Origin: a virus
Lineage: Duplodnaviria; Caudoviricetes
Strand: one strand, 5' to 3'
Length of the DNA: 64,000 bases
Virus record (IMG/VR): IMGVR_UViG_638276462_000001
Span: 6,655 to 70,654 of that record
Part shown: one piece after another, positions 18,993-29,457 of the stretch
Position numbering within the stretch: the first letter of the stretch is position 1
Layout: every line of letters begins with the position of its first letter
The notes under the pieces: model-generated
Told to the model about the DNA's origin: nothing
The model's input: only the letters and a program-made list of their open reading frames with translations
The model's database searches: none
Program-made: the position numbers and the translations under genes

Positions 18993-20426
18993 GTGGCGTT
19001 CCGTGGCTACTTCGCTCTGGACGGGGTGGAGTTTGCCAACAGCAGCCGCGTGGTGGCCCACATCGGGGCCAACACCCCCACCATGGACCTGGGCCTGCTG
19101 GGCGACCCCGGCGACTGCACACTGACGCCCGTGGCCGGTAGCCCGCTGCTGGCCGAACTGCCCGCCAGCACAGTGCCCATCGGGCCGGGGCGGCTGCTCG
19201 GTACCGTGCCCGACGGCACGCGGCTGTACGGGCCAGGGCTGGGCCTGGTGGGCGACTGCTGGACGCCGGACAATTTGTGCTTCGGCTGCCGGGACAGCAT
19301 CGGCTACGACGACAGCTGGCCGGGCCTGGCCAGCCTGCTGGACCACAGCCTCTACCGGCCGGAGCTGGCACCCTGGTACACCACGCGCGTGCCCGAGAGC
19401 GCCGAGTTCGGCGGCGTGTGGGTGCTTGACGTGAAGGGCCTGGACACCACGCCCGTGCAGCGCGACGTGACCGAGGTGGCCGGTGCCGGTGGCGCGCCCG
19501 GCCCCGTGCGCAACCCCAGCCGCCAGGTCACGTTCGACACGCTGCTGATCGCGTGCAGTAACGCGGGCCTCACCTACGGGCTCCAGTGGCTGACCTGCCT
19601 GCTGCGGGCCACCGACGCCGACGACGGGTCCACGCTGCGCTACCTGGCCGCGCATCCCGGCGGCAGCACCGCCGACCCCGTGACGCTCATCCGCGAGGTG
19701 CACGGTGTGGTGCTCAGTCAGGAGCCCCAGGTGCAGGACGCGCAGAACCTGGCGCGCGGCCAGCACAGCCAGGCCACCGTTTACCGGGTGCAGTGGACCA
19801 TGACCGTCACCCGGCCGTACGCCTACAGCCCGCCGGTCGACGTGGCGGTGGACTGGGACGAGACCGTTCTGGACCCCATCAGTTGGATCCACGGCGCGGA
19901 CTGCAAGACCCCGGCCAGCTGCGCCGACATGCCGGTGTTCTTCGCCGAGGGCTGCGACGTGGAGCGCATCGAGGTCGTGAGCACGCCGCCACCCACCTGC
20001 GGCGGGTGTATGCCCGTCTGCGCGGTCCAGACCCGTGTGTTCCAGCTGCCGGTGTTCGATACCCCATACCGGTGCCGCCAGACCGCCGTGACGCTGCGGG
20101 TGCGCAACAACAGCGAGGACAACCTGACCCTCCAGGCGTTCTACCGGCAGCGCAATACCCGCGAGCAGTGCGGCGACCAGCTGTGGCCGGTGCAGCTCAC
20201 CGGGGTGCCCAGCCAGGGCGAGGTCGTGCTGGATGGCATCAGCGGCCGGTTCTGGCTCCAGTGGGCTGGCCGCAAGCGCCGCCCGTTCAACATGGTCAGC
20301 ACGCCCAGCGGTGTGCCATGGCGTCCGGCCGTCATCGACCGCGACCGGGACTGGGAGCTGGTGGTGATCAGCGACGGGGCGGCTGCCTTCGACGTAAGCA
20401 TGAGCCTGGCCGACCGGGAGGTGTGA
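18993..20426 (+). CDS. Minor tail protein (distal tail-like)
   Basis: SD AGGAGG; first gene after tape measure. Confidence 0.8.
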   Translation: MAFRGYFALDGVEFANSSRVVAHIGANTPTMDLGLLGDPGDCTLTPVAGSPLLAELPASTVPIGPGRLLGTVPDGTRLYGPGLGLVGDCWTPDNLCFGCRDSIGYDDSWPGLASLLDHSLYRPELAPWYTTRVPESAEFGGVWVLDVKGLDTTPVQRDVTEVAGAGGAPGPVRNPSRQVTFDTLLIACSNAGLTYGLQWLTCLLRATDADDGSTLRYLAAHPGGSTADPVTLIREVHGVVLSQEPQVQDAQNLARGQHSQATVYRVQWTMTVTRPYAYSPPVDVAVDWDETVLDPISWIHGADCKTPASCADMPVFFAEGCDVERIEVVSTPPPTCGGCMPVCAVQTRVFQLPVFDTPYRCRQTAVTLRVRNNSEDNLTLQAFYRQRNTREQCGDQLWPVQLTGVPSQGEVVLDGISGRFWLQWAGRKRRPFNMVSTPSGVPWRPAVIDRDRDWELVVISDGAAAFDVSMSLADREV

Positions 20427-20427
20427 C

Positions 20428-21504
20428 GTGCCGGTCGTTACCGACGATCTGCTGGTAAGCCTCCACACAGCGCGCGGGGCCACCCTGTTCCAGTTCACGC
20501 CCGACGACTACAGCGACCTCACCTGGGGCCGGGCCAGCCGCGACGGCAGCCAGTGCAACCTGACCGTGCCGCCGCTGCCCGGTGTCGACCGCTTCGCCGA
20601 CATTGTGTACTGGCACCACTGGCTCACCGTGTGGGACGGCACCCGCCAGGGCGCGGAGGCGGTGCTGTGGACAGGCCCCATCAAGAAAATCCGCGACAAC
20701 CGTGCCGGGCTCCAGCTCCAGGCGGTGGACCACAGCGCCTACCTGAGTCGCACCCGCAACCCGACCACCAAGCGGTGGGACGCCGCCGACCCGTCCACGG
20801 TGGCCGGTGAGCTGTGGGCGTCCATGATCGAGGCCCAGGGCCTGGGCACGCGGCCGGTGGTTCGGCCGGACCCCGAGGGCGACCGGTACGACTTCCAGGT
20901 CATCACCGACGAGCAGATGCTGGACCAGACCCTGGGCCAGCTGGTGGACTACGGGCTCCGGTGGACCGTGGTGGCGGGCACGCCCATCCTGGGACCACTG
21001 CCGCTGGAGCCCATCGCCACCCTGGGCGAAGAACACTTCCTGGGCGACGGTATCGACTTCGTACGCGACGGCACCGCCACCGTGAACGACGTGCTGGTGC
21101 GCGGCCAGGACAACCTGGCCCGCGAGCGCGTCGACTTCTACGGCCAGAACCTGCAATCCATCGTCAACCTGGACAGCATGTCCGGCGTCAGCAACGTGAC
21201 GCGGGCGGCGCAGAAGTACGTACGCACCACGGGCGCGGTGAAAACCACGCTGGAGCTGCCCAGCGGCACTGTGCTGCACCCCGACGCCCCGGTGACGATT
21301 GACCAGCTGATGCCCAGCGTCCGGTTTGTGATCGAGGCGCGCGGCGTGCGACAGCTGATGTTGCTTACCGGCTGTGAAGTCAACCGGCGGGCCGGAGCAG
21401 CTACCGTGACGGTCAGCATGGAGACCGTGGACGAAAAGCTGGAGCTGACCAGCGACAAGGCCGGGCCGTCGCTGAGCCTAAGCGCCGGGGCGGCGGGCCG
21501 ATGA
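20428..21504 (+). CDS. Minor tail protein (hub/Tal-like)
   Basis: Second gene after tape measure. Confidence 0.75.
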   Translation: MPVVTDDLLVSLHTARGATLFQFTPDDYSDLTWGRASRDGSQCNLTVPPLPGVDRFADIVYWHHWLTVWDGTRQGAEAVLWTGPIKKIRDNRAGLQLQAVDHSAYLSRTRNPTTKRWDAADPSTVAGELWASMIEAQGLGTRPVVRPDPEGDRYDFQVITDEQMLDQTLGQLVDYGLRWTVVAGTPILGPLPLEPIATLGEEHFLGDGIDFVRDGTATVNDVLVRGQDNLARERVDFYGQNLQSIVNLDSMSGVSNVTRAAQKYVRTTGAVKTTLELPSGTVLHPDAPVTIDQLMPSVRFVIEARGVRQLMLLTGCEVNRRAGAATVTVSMETVDEKLELTSDKAGPSLSLSAGAAGR

Positions 21505-23789
21505 GCGCACTGCTGGCACCGGGGCGCACCCCGCAGAACGACGCCGAGCTGGCCCGCAGCTTCCACGACCGGTTGCGCAAGCTGGAGACCGCCAGCACCG
21601 TGCGCGTCGGCCCGTGGGTGCTGTCCAACGACCCGGCCACCGGCAACCTGCTGGCGACCCGGCCGGGGCAGACAGTCCTCATTGACGACCAGGGCGCGAC
21701 CGAGACCCTGGACCCTGCCAGCCTGAACCTGTCCGGCTACGTCACGGACAAAGAGCTGGTAGACGCCCTGAGCCAGATCGACACGGGCGGCTCGCTGGAG
21801 TCGATGTGGTCGGACCTGTACACCGCGCTGACGGGCCTGCTGAACCCGGTCAACGCGCTGAGCGCCCTGGCCAACTTCTTCAAGGTGGAGCTGGGCAGCC
21901 CCATCACCAGCAACCGCCTGCCGCTCATCCCGCTGTCGCATATCCGGCCGGTGAACCCGAACCTGCTGCTCGACGGCAGTTTCGATGACGAGGCCACGCT
22001 GTCGGGCTTCCCCGATTGGGATTACGACGAGGCCGACGGCCGCACCCGGCCGGGCAGCGCCTACACCATGGCCGACGGCAACACGCACACCATCCGCAGC
22101 AACGCGGTGGAGGTCGAGGCCGACGACAAGCTGGACGCCGAGGTCTATGCCAAGTGGGTCGGCCTGGTGGTCAGCGCCGCCACGCCCATCAAGCTGGCCA
22201 TCGCCAGCTACGACGAGGACGACGTACTGATCGGTGGCGCGCCTGCCGTGGTGGCCAGCACCGGGGCTGCGGGCAACAGTGGCGGGACGAGCGGCTGGGG
22301 CACCAAGCTGAGCGTGACGGACTGGTCACCACCAGCGAACGCCAAGTACGTCGTTGTCGAGCTGACCGTGACCACGGGCGCAACCGGCGGCACCGTCAAG
22401 TACGACGACGCCGCACTGCGCAAGACCGGCACCCTGCCGCAGAGCTACATCAACGGGCTGGTCGACGCGCTCCAGGGGCTGTGGAACGGCGTGCAGGCCC
22501 GTATTGACGACTTCATGGACCTGCTCGATGCGTTCGGCGGGTTCATCATCGGCAGCGGCCAGGGCCAGCTCACCGACGTGATTACCCGGCTCCAGGCCCT
22601 GAACCCGCTGACCGGTGTGTTCGACGCCAGCAAGCTGGGCAACCTGGCCAACATCCCGGCCATCGGCCAGGACAAGATCATCGGCCTGGTGGACGACCTG
22701 GCCGACGCGGTGGCCAACGGCGGGCAGACCGTGCGCGATGCGATCGTGCAGGCGCTCACGGGTGCGGTGCCGCCGGGCGGCGCGACCGACGCCAACGTCA
22801 TCGCCGCGCTGACCAGCATTCCGGCCACCCTGGTCCAGAGCGCCGTGGAGGGCGCGAGCAGCATTGACGACGCCATCCAGCAGGCGCTGAATGCGGTGGT
22901 GCAAGGCGCGAGCGGTGTGCTGTCCGCGCCGGGCACGTTCGTGGACATCATCAACCAGCTGGCCGGTATGCGTAACAGCACCGCAGGCGCGAACGCGGCG
23001 GTGGTCAACCTCCAGGCGCAGGTGGCGGGGCTGGACCCGGCGGCATCGTCCGAGGTGATCAACTTCGGCGAGTTCTCCGACGCGCCCGCGCCGCCCAGCA
23101 TGTTCACGAAGTTCTCCGACAACGGCAGCGGATCGCTGATCACCAGCGGCGGTGAACTCAAGTGGGACAGCGCCAGCGCCGGGCGCGAGCTGTACCTGTT
23201 CAACGGTGGCCCGCTCCAGACCGACCTGTTCGAGGTATCGGTGGTGCTGCCGCAGGTGCCGACGCACGGCTGGTTCGGCGCGGACAGCTCGAACTACATC
23301 TGGCTCATCGGCCGGGCCAACGCGGGGGCCAGCGCCCTGGTGGCGGCGCGCGTGACCTGGGACGAAATTCGACTGTACAACCTGGCGGCGGGCAGCTTTA
23401 CGCAGTTCGGCCCCACCATCAGCGAAAGTGACCTGCTGACCGCTGGCTGCACGGTGTCGTTCAAGGGCGGCACCGTGGCCGAGCCCCGCTACTTCCACGT
23501 CGCGGTGAACGGCACCAAGAAGCTCATCCACACCGAGACCACGCCCATCACGGCCATCGGGTCGGATTACCGCAACTGCGGCGTCGGCGTGGAGAAGGGC
23601 AGCAGCTACCTCACGGGCACGATCAGCACCTGGTCCATGTTCGACGGCGGCAGCAGCGCCGGGTCCGGCGTGGTGGCCGGTTACACCGCCGCTGGCCTGA
23701 CCAACCTGAACCTCTGGAAGGGCACCGCCGCCCAGTACGCGGCCATCACCACCAAGAACGCGAACACCATCTACGTGGTGAAGAACTGA
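21501..23789 (+). CDS. Minor tail protein with carbohydrate-binding-like domains
   Basis: ATGA overlap; NLLLDGSFD CBM-like start; C-terminal TAAQYAAITTKNANTIY adaptor motif. Confidence 0.8.
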   Translation: MSALLAPGRTPQNDAELARSFHDRLRKLETASTVRVGPWVLSNDPATGNLLATRPGQTVLIDDQGATETLDPASLNLSGYVTDKELVDALSQIDTGGSLESMWSDLYTALTGLLNPVNALSALANFFKVELGSPITSNRLPLIPLSHIRPVNPNLLLDGSFDDEATLSGFPDWDYDEADGRTRPGSAYTMADGNTHTIRSNAVEVEADDKLDAEVYAKWVGLVVSAATPIKLAIASYDEDDVLIGGAPAVVASTGAAGNSGGTSGWGTKLSVTDWSPPANAKYVVVELTVTTGATGGTVKYDDAALRKTGTLPQSYINGLVDALQGLWNGVQARIDDFMDLLDAFGGFIIGSGQGQLTDVITRLQALNPLTGVFDASKLGNLANIPAIGQDKIIGLVDDLADAVANGGQTVRDAIVQALTGAVPPGGATDANVIAALTSIPATLVQSAVEGASSIDDAIQQALNAVVQGASGVLSAPGTFVDIINQLAGMRNSTAGANAAVVNLQAQVAGLDPAASSEVINFGEFSDAPAPPSMFTKFSDNGSGSLITSGGELKWDSASAGRELYLFNGGPLQTDLFEVSVVLPQVPTHGWFGADSSNYIWLIGRANAGASALVAARVTWDEIRLYNLAAGSFTQFGPTISESDLLTAGCTVSFKGGTVAEPRYFHVAVNGTKKLIHTETTPITAIGSDYRNCGVGVEKGSSYLTGTISTWSMFDGGSSAGSGVVAGYTAAGLTNLNLWKGTAAQYAAITTKNANTIYVVKN

Positions 23790-25132
23790 TGCCGGTCTTC
23801 ATCGGTGACGAGACCATCGACGTTCTGCTGGACCAGCTGGGCGACGACTACGACGCGGTGTACATCGGCAGCGACAAGGTGTGGCCGGACATTTCGTTCC
23901 CGTACTCGTTCGTCAACACCAACGTCACCGCCGCCACCGTGCCCGCCGGGGCGACCGGATGCTGGGTCCACCTCTGGGGCAAGGGCACCAACGGCGGCAA
24001 CGGTGGCCATGAGGACAGCACCACCGCGACCGGCTCGGGGCCGGGCGGCAGCGGTGGTGGCGGCGGTGGGCACGTGCACAAAATCTTCCTCTACCTGGAG
24101 GATCTGGGGCCGGACTGGTCACTGTTCTACGGCGGCGGCACGGCAGGCGCGCCCAACCGGTTCCTCTCCGGCGGCATCGACCTGATCGCCAATTCCGCCA
24201 GCGGCGTGAACGGCGGCACCGCGTCGGTCGCAGGGCTGACGGCCGACTACTACAGCCCGCGCGCATCCAACGGCGGCAACCGGGGCCAGGACTCCGACGG
24301 CGGCGGTGCTGGTGGTGCCAACGGCGGTAGCGCCAGCTGGACAGGCGACAACGCGCCGAACACCACGTCGCCGGGTACGCGGGGCCTGGGCACCAACGGC
24401 GGCACCAACGGCGGCACGGGCGGCACCGCGCACGGCTCCGGCAACGCGCACCACTACGCCTCCGGTGGCGGTGGCGGTGGTGGCGGCGGGTACACCGCCG
24501 GGCAGAACGGCACCGCTGGCACGCAGAACACTGGCGGCACGGGCGGCAGCGGCGGCGTGGCCCGCGCCGAGGTCATCTGGACGAACGAGGTCGTGCCCAA
24601 GGACAAGACGTGGGAGTTTGGCCCCGGTGCGTGGAGCTGGACGATGCCCGCCTGGGCGCAGACCGGCTGGGCGGTCGACCTGATCGAGTACGGCGGCGGC
24701 AAGGGCGGCAACAACGGCGGCAGCACCAGCGCGGGCAACGGCGGTCTGGGCAGCACGCCAGCGGGCCAGACGCTCATCATCGGCACCGACATCGCCCTGG
24801 GCGGCACGCTGAGCGGCAACGTGGGCGCAGCCGGGGCGTCCAACGGCGGCAACGGTGGGAACACCACCTGCACGCAGACCGGCCTCACCAGCAACGGTGC
24901 GACGGGCACCAACAGCGCCCAGGTGGGCACCAGCGCGGGCAGCATCACCGTGGGCGGGCGGTTGTACCCCGGCGGTGTCGGCGGTAGCACCGGCAGCACC
25001 ACCAGCGCCGGGCAGGCCGGTGGCACGCCTGGCGGCGGTGGCCAGGGCGGCGGGTCCATCTTCTTCATCGGCCAGGCTGGCGGCGTCGGCGGCGAGGGCC
25101 GGGTGTACGTGCGGCTGCGACAGGTCATCTGA
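23789..25132 (+). CDS. Glycine-rich minor tail / receptor-binding protein
   Basis: TGATG overlap; N-terminal AVYIGSDKVW; two Gly-rich domains. Confidence 0.8.
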   Translation: MPVFIGDETIDVLLDQLGDDYDAVYIGSDKVWPDISFPYSFVNTNVTAATVPAGATGCWVHLWGKGTNGGNGGHEDSTTATGSGPGGSGGGGGGHVHKIFLYLEDLGPDWSLFYGGGTAGAPNRFLSGGIDLIANSASGVNGGTASVAGLTADYYSPRASNGGNRGQDSDGGGAGGANGGSASWTGDNAPNTTSPGTRGLGTNGGTNGGTGGTAHGSGNAHHYASGGGGGGGGGYTAGQNGTAGTQNTGGTGGSGGVARAEVIWTNEVVPKDKTWEFGPGAWSWTMPAWAQTGWAVDLIEYGGGKGGNNGGSTSAGNGGLGSTPAGQTLIIGTDIALGGTLSGNVGAAGASNGGNGGNTTCTQTGLTSNGATGTNSAQVGTSAGSITVGGRLYPGGVGGSTGSTTSAGQAGGTPGGGGQGGGSIFFIGQAGGVGGEGRVYVRLRQVI

Positions 25133-26292
25133 TGCCGGGCTGGTTCCAGGCCCCGGCACCGCCCGCACTGCCGCCACCTGGCTGGTTCGACAGCACTGCC
25201 AGCCCGCAGCCGCCGGAGCCCGACATCGCCTGGTGGGCGGTGCTCACCGTCGATATGGCGCACACCGTGGCGGCGGTGAACACCATGGAGCTGGGCGCGT
25301 TCAAGGCCATGGGAATCGTCCACAGCGTGCACGCCACGCAGACGCTGGCGCTGCAAGCGCTGCTCCAGCTGAACGTCAACCACGGCGTCAGCGCACAGAA
25401 CACGCTGGCCTTCCAGGGCCTCTACATGCTGGATATGGCCTTGGCGCTGAGCGTGCAGCACAGCCTGACCCTGGCCCGCGTGAAGGACATTGCGGTGCCG
25501 ATGCCGGTGGTGGCAGGCATCAGCGGGATGACGCTGGCCCGCGTGCTGGACCTGGGGCTGGAGCACGCCCTGGCCAGCAGCCAGGTGCTGACGCTCCAGA
25601 AGTACCGCACCCTGGCCGTGACGCAGAACCTGGCGGTCGGCCAGTCGCTGGACTTGGCCAAAATCCGCACCCTGGCCATGGCGCACAGCCTGGGCGTCAC
25701 GCACCAGATGGCCATGGGCTTTCCGACCACGGGTCTGCCCGCCCCGGCCAGTTTCACCGCCGCCGGGGCCTACAGCTACGTGTTCCCGCGCAACTGCGAC
25801 TTCATCGACGCAGTGATGCTCGGGGCCGGGGGCGGCGGGGCCAGCTCGGGCACGTTCTACACGCTTAAGGGCTACCCCGGCGAGGCGGGCGTCTGGGCCA
25901 CCGCCACGCTCCAGCGCGGGCTGACCATCGCCTGGACGGTCACGCAGATCACCGGCCAGGTGGGCACGGGCGGCGCTCGCGGTAGCGGTGGCTTCACGGG
26001 CACCGCCGGGCAGGCCGGTACCGCCACCACGTCGGCCGCGACCGGCTGGGGCGGGCTCAGCGGTGCGGGCGGCGCAGGCGGCATCGCCAACGCAACGGGC
26101 ACCAGCGACAACGTAGGCCGGTCACCGGGGAACATCACGTACAACGGCGTGCCGTACACGGGCGGCGGCACACAGAGCACCAACGGCGCAGCCGGTAACC
26201 CGCCAGGTGGCGGCGGCGCTGGCGGGTCCAACTTCGGCGGTGCTGGCGGCGTCGGCGCTGCGGGGGCGGCTCGTTACAGGGCCTACCAGTAG
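25132..26292 (+). CDS. Glycine-rich minor tail protein
   Basis: TGATG overlap; LGAGGGGA...PPGGGGAGG...ARYRAYQ. Confidence 0.8.
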   Translation: MPGWFQAPAPPALPPPGWFDSTASPQPPEPDIAWWAVLTVDMAHTVAAVNTMELGAFKAMGIVHSVHATQTLALQALLQLNVNHGVSAQNTLAFQGLYMLDMALALSVQHSLTLARVKDIAVPMPVVAGISGMTLARVLDLGLEHALASSQVLTLQKYRTLAVTQNLAVGQSLDLAKIRTLAMAHSLGVTHQMAMGFPTTGLPAPASFTAAGAYSYVFPRNCDFIDAVMLGAGGGGASSGTFYTLKGYPGEAGVWATATLQRGLTIAWTVTQITGQVGTGGARGSGGFTGTAGQAGTATTSAATGWGGLSGAGGAGGIANATGTSDNVGRSPGNITYNGVPYTGGGTQSTNGAAGNPPGGGGAGGSNFGGAGGVGAAGAARYRAYQ

Positions 26293-26302
26293 GATCACGA
26301 AC

Positions 26303-26698
26303 GTGACCGTGGGGATGACCGCCTATCTGGCGAACAAGTTGCTGGACCACACGTTCCGCAACGTGGTCTACACCCCGCCCGCCGTGGTGTACTTCCGACC
26401 GCATACCGGTGACCCCGGCGCACTGGGCACGAACAACGGGTCGGCGAACACCACGCGGTACGCGATGAGCTTCGGCGTGGCCGGGGCCAGCACCGCCGGG
26501 CAGATCGCCCTGACCAACTTCCCCGAGCACACCCTGAACGCTTCCGAGACGATCACCCATGGTTCGATCTGGGACGCTGCCAGCGGTGGCAACTGTCTGA
26601 TCACCGGCCAGGCCACCGTCAGCAAGGGCGGTGTCAGCGGTGACATCATCCGGCTCGCGTCCGACATCGTGGGCATCACGCCCATCGCCGCCAACTAG
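26303..26698 (+). CDS. Minor tail protein
   Basis: YLANKLLDH...HTGDPG...ITHGSIWDAASGGN; GTG 7 nt after TAGGAT. Confidence 0.75.
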   Translation: MTVGMTAYLANKLLDHTFRNVVYTPPAVVYFRPHTGDPGALGTNNGSANTTRYAMSFGVAGASTAGQIALTNFPEHTLNASETITHGSIWDAASGGNCLITGQATVSKGGVSGDIIRLASDIVGITPIAAN

Positions 26699-26706
26699 GA
26701 GATACC

Positions 26707-27057
26707 GTGCCCGAAGTTACCTGGTCGGTGGCCTGGGAGGTCGCCACGCCGCCCGTGGAGCTGCTGCCCAGCCAGCCCATCCCGCCGACGCCGCCCACCG
26801 ACGAGAGTGAGGAGGCGGCGCAGCAGTACAGCGACGACTATGCCGCCTACGAGGTCGCGCTGGACGAGGCGTACCACCAGACACAGACCGTGCTGGCCGA
26901 CGAGCAGTGGTGGTCGACCACGCGGCTGGAGTTCGCCGACGAGGCCGAGGCCCGCGCCACGCTGCCCGCCATGGTCCGCGCCAATGCCAGCAGTCCCTAC
27001 GCGCGCAATTTCCGTCTGGAGACATCCCCGCCCCGAGTGTGGTCGGCCGTAAGCTGA
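26707..27057 (+). CDS. Hypothetical (tail-associated) protein
   Basis: SD AGGAG; fills the gap in the operon. Confidence 0.7.
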   Translation: MPEVTWSVAWEVATPPVELLPSQPIPPTPPTDESEEAAQQYSDDYAAYEVALDEAYHQTQTVLADEQWWSTTRLEFADEAEARATLPAMVRANASSPYARNFRLETSPPRVWSAVS

Positions 27058-27061
27058 CCCC

Positions 27062-27709
27062 GTGACCAACGCCAGCGTCTGCGTATCTGAGCACCTGGTC
27101 GTCGGTGACGACGGCAAGCTACGGCTTGCCCCGTGGTCGGTGCCCCGGCTGGTGGCCGACGAGATTGCTCACAGCGGTGCCGACACCACCAAGCTGCTGG
27201 AGACCAGCACGCTGCCCGGCCGCTTGCTGATCGACAAGCCCGGCGTCATGTGGACCAACCTCACCCCGGTGGACCACATGGTGCGCGTGATGGTTACCCG
27301 GCGGTGGAAGCGGTGGATCACCAGCAACCCGAACGCGGTGCAGTTCCGTGACCGGTGGTCGTCGGCCATCACGCCCGTGGGCAGCGCCGACGTACTGCCC
27401 GCCGAGCCGGTGGTCAGCGGCATCTTCAACAGCCAGTGCGGCAGCGCGGGCGACCTTGGATCCAACACGGTGGCCGAGCCGGTGCCGGGCAAGTTCTGGG
27501 CCTGGTGGGGCACCAATACCAGCGAGGAGTGGCTGGGGCCGGTGCAGCCCGGCGAGACGCTGCGCGTGGCGTACCGCTGCTACGTGTGGACGCCGCCGCC
27601 CTTCTCGGACAACGCGAACAAGAACGCGCCCGCCCACGAGGCCGAGGCCGGGTTCGCGCGTATCCAGCTGATGGCATTTCCGCAGCAGGGCAAGGTCGTG
27701 ACCGGATGA
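27062..27709 (+). CDS. Minor tail/baseplate protein, paralog 1 of 3
   Basis: C..EHL...PW and WTNLTP..MVRVMVTR; GTG 6 nt after TAAGCT. Confidence 0.7.
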   Translation: MTNASVCVSEHLVVGDDGKLRLAPWSVPRLVADEIAHSGADTTKLLETSTLPGRLLIDKPGVMWTNLTPVDHMVRVMVTRRWKRWITSNPNAVQFRDRWSSAITPVGSADVLPAEPVVSGIFNSQCGSAGDLGSNTVAEPVPGKFWAWWGTNTSEEWLGPVQPGETLRVAYRCYVWTPPPFSDNANKNAPAHEAEAGFARIQLMAFPQQGKVVTG

Positions 27710-28311
27710 GCACCAGCCTGAAAATCTGCACCGCTGAGTACATGATCAGCGACGTTCGCGGCATCGGTGTGCGCCAGACCTGGCTCCCGCACGTGGTGGC
27801 CGAGCAGTTCCTGGAGTCCACCAAGGACGGCGAAATCAAGCTGGCCCCTGACCCGGTGACCATGATCGACGGCGACCTGACCTGGTTCAACAACAGCCCC
27901 GATCCCGTGAAGGTGATGGTGATGGTGCACCGCGCACCGCGCAGCATCGTGGCGCAGAACCCGGCCACCGTGGTCATCCACGACGCCTGGAGCCACCAGG
28001 TCGGCAAGAGCCCCAGCGCCGACTACCCCAGCGTCATCCAGGACACGTTCGGCGGGCGGCTCCAGGTGGACCGCGCCAGCGTGGCCAAAGACCTGCTCCA
28101 GTTCGGCCGGTACTTTCTCGACGGCGACGACAGCCAGACCTACGTCAACCTCGGGGTAGTGCCTGCCAAGCAGTCGTTCCACTTCCGCTACCTGGCCGCT
28201 GTCCAGACACCGGGCGTCTGGACGCAGCCCAGCGAGTTCGAGCCGCGCTGGGAGGCGTATGCGCGGTGGACGCGGCTGGTGGCCATCGGCAGCCCGGTGG
28301 GGGCGCTGTGA
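27706..28311 (+). CDS. Minor tail/baseplate protein, paralog 2 of 3
   Basis: ATGA overlap; WFNNSP..KVMVMVHR. Confidence 0.7.
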   Translation: MSTSLKICTAEYMISDVRGIGVRQTWLPHVVAEQFLESTKDGEIKLAPDPVTMIDGDLTWFNNSPDPVKVMVMVHRAPRSIVAQNPATVVIHDAWSHQVGKSPSADYPSVIQDTFGGRLQVDRASVAKDLLQFGRYFLDGDDSQTYVNLGVVPAKQSFHFRYLAAVQTPGVWTQPSEFEPRWEAYARWTRLVAIGSPVGAL

Positions 28312-29060
28312 GCGACTGCGTAGACGAGAACCACCTGCAAGAGCTGGACGGCGTGATCAGTCCACAGCCGTGGATGCAGTGGCGGCACATCGGCGGCGTG
28401 GAGGCCCCCAGCAAGACGGGCAACTACGGCGTCACGCTCACCAGCGGGGGCCTGGGAACAGTCGACGTGTTCGGCACCCTGGGCAGCCTGTTCGGCAGCC
28501 TGTTCGGGTCCATCCCGCTGCTGTTTGGCAAGTCGAGCCCGCTGGCCGGGCTGCTGGCGAGTGCCAGCGCGGGCGGTAACAAGAACGATCTGCTGCACCG
28601 GCTCCAGTACAGCTGGACCAACGGCAGCCCCGTCGCTCAGGACGTGTACGGGCTCATCACGCGCGGCGGCGCACGGGTCAGCTTGCAGCCCCGCAGCCGT
28701 GGCGGGCTGGTGCTGCGCAGCGGTTACGCCAAGCACGCCAGCGACCCCGGCCCGCTGGCCGACAGCTCCATGTTCGGCGTCGGTGCCGACCTGGGGCGCG
28801 GCGGCACACTGAGCCTGGGCACCACGTTCGGCATCGCGGAGCAGCGGATGAACAGCTGCACCATCCCGCTGGCACCGGAGCGCACCGGCTGGCTGCGGCT
28901 GGCACCCGGTGAATCCATCACCGCCGCGCTGGAGCTGCGCTTCATCAGCGAGTTCTGGGAGAACACCACCATCGACGGCGGCGACACCGGCAGCGAAAGC
29001 AGCTACACCACGGGCGCGACCCGCCTTGATCTGTTCGCGGTGCCGGTAATCTCGGGCTGA
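28308..29060 (+). CDS. Minor tail/baseplate protein, paralog 3 of 3
   Basis: GTGA overlap; WTNGSP..DVYGLITR. Confidence 0.7.
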   Translation: MSDCVDENHLQELDGVISPQPWMQWRHIGGVEAPSKTGNYGVTLTSGGLGTVDVFGTLGSLFGSLFGSIPLLFGKSSPLAGLLASASAGGNKNDLLHRLQYSWTNGSPVAQDVYGLITRGGARVSLQPRSRGGLVLRSGYAKHASDPGPLADSSMFGVGADLGRGGTLSLGTTFGIAEQRMNSCTIPLAPERTGWLRLAPGESITAALELRFISEFWENTTIDGGDTGSESSYTTGATRLDLFAVPVISG

Positions 29061-29088
29061 CAACCCCTCCGGCCTCGGGAGACTGCCC

Positions 29089-29457
29089 ATGTATGACCCG
29101 CCACCTGGCTACGAAGATTGCGAGGCCGACGCCGACGCGCACCCGACGCCGCCAGGCTGGCCGTACCGCGAGCTGGAGGTGGAAGGGGTCGGCACGCTGC
29201 ACGCCCGGCGTCCGCTGCCCAATGCGATCCCGGCGCTGGCCGGGGCGGCGCGGAGCAAGATCAGCCCCGAGAGCCGTATCGACCACCTGGACATCTTCGT
29301 CCAGAACCACCTGGCCGACGGCGAGTTCGAGCAGCTGCTGGCCAGCATGATGGACCCCGACCAGGACATGCCACCCGACACCATGCTGCGCGTGAGCCGC
29401 GCGATTGCCACGGCGGGCAGTGCGCGCCCTACACGGCGGTCATCAACCTCGCGTTGA
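29089..29457 (+). CDS. Second tail assembly chaperone paralog (G')
   Basis: Aligns by eye with 12327..12887 (LE.EG..L..R.P...A..A...F...HL...MDPD...DT...AI.TA). Confidence 0.75.
   Translation: MYDPPPGYEDCEADADAHPTPPGWPYRELEVEGVGTLHARRPLPNAIPALAGAARSKISPESRIDHLDIFVQNHLADGEFEQLLASMMDPDQDMPPDTMLRVSRAIATAGSARPTRRSSTSR

Noticed and set aside
12949-19371. 2140-aa antisense ORF (and similar long ones such as 1185..3026, 36060..38594, 38033..39976)
   Set aside because: Shadow ORFs expected opposite high-GC3 genes; no motifs or SD
23990-26280. Gly-rich repeats as PE_PGRS, collagen or tandem DNA repeats
   Set aside because: Ordinary glycine-rich domains of mycobacteriophage minor tail proteins
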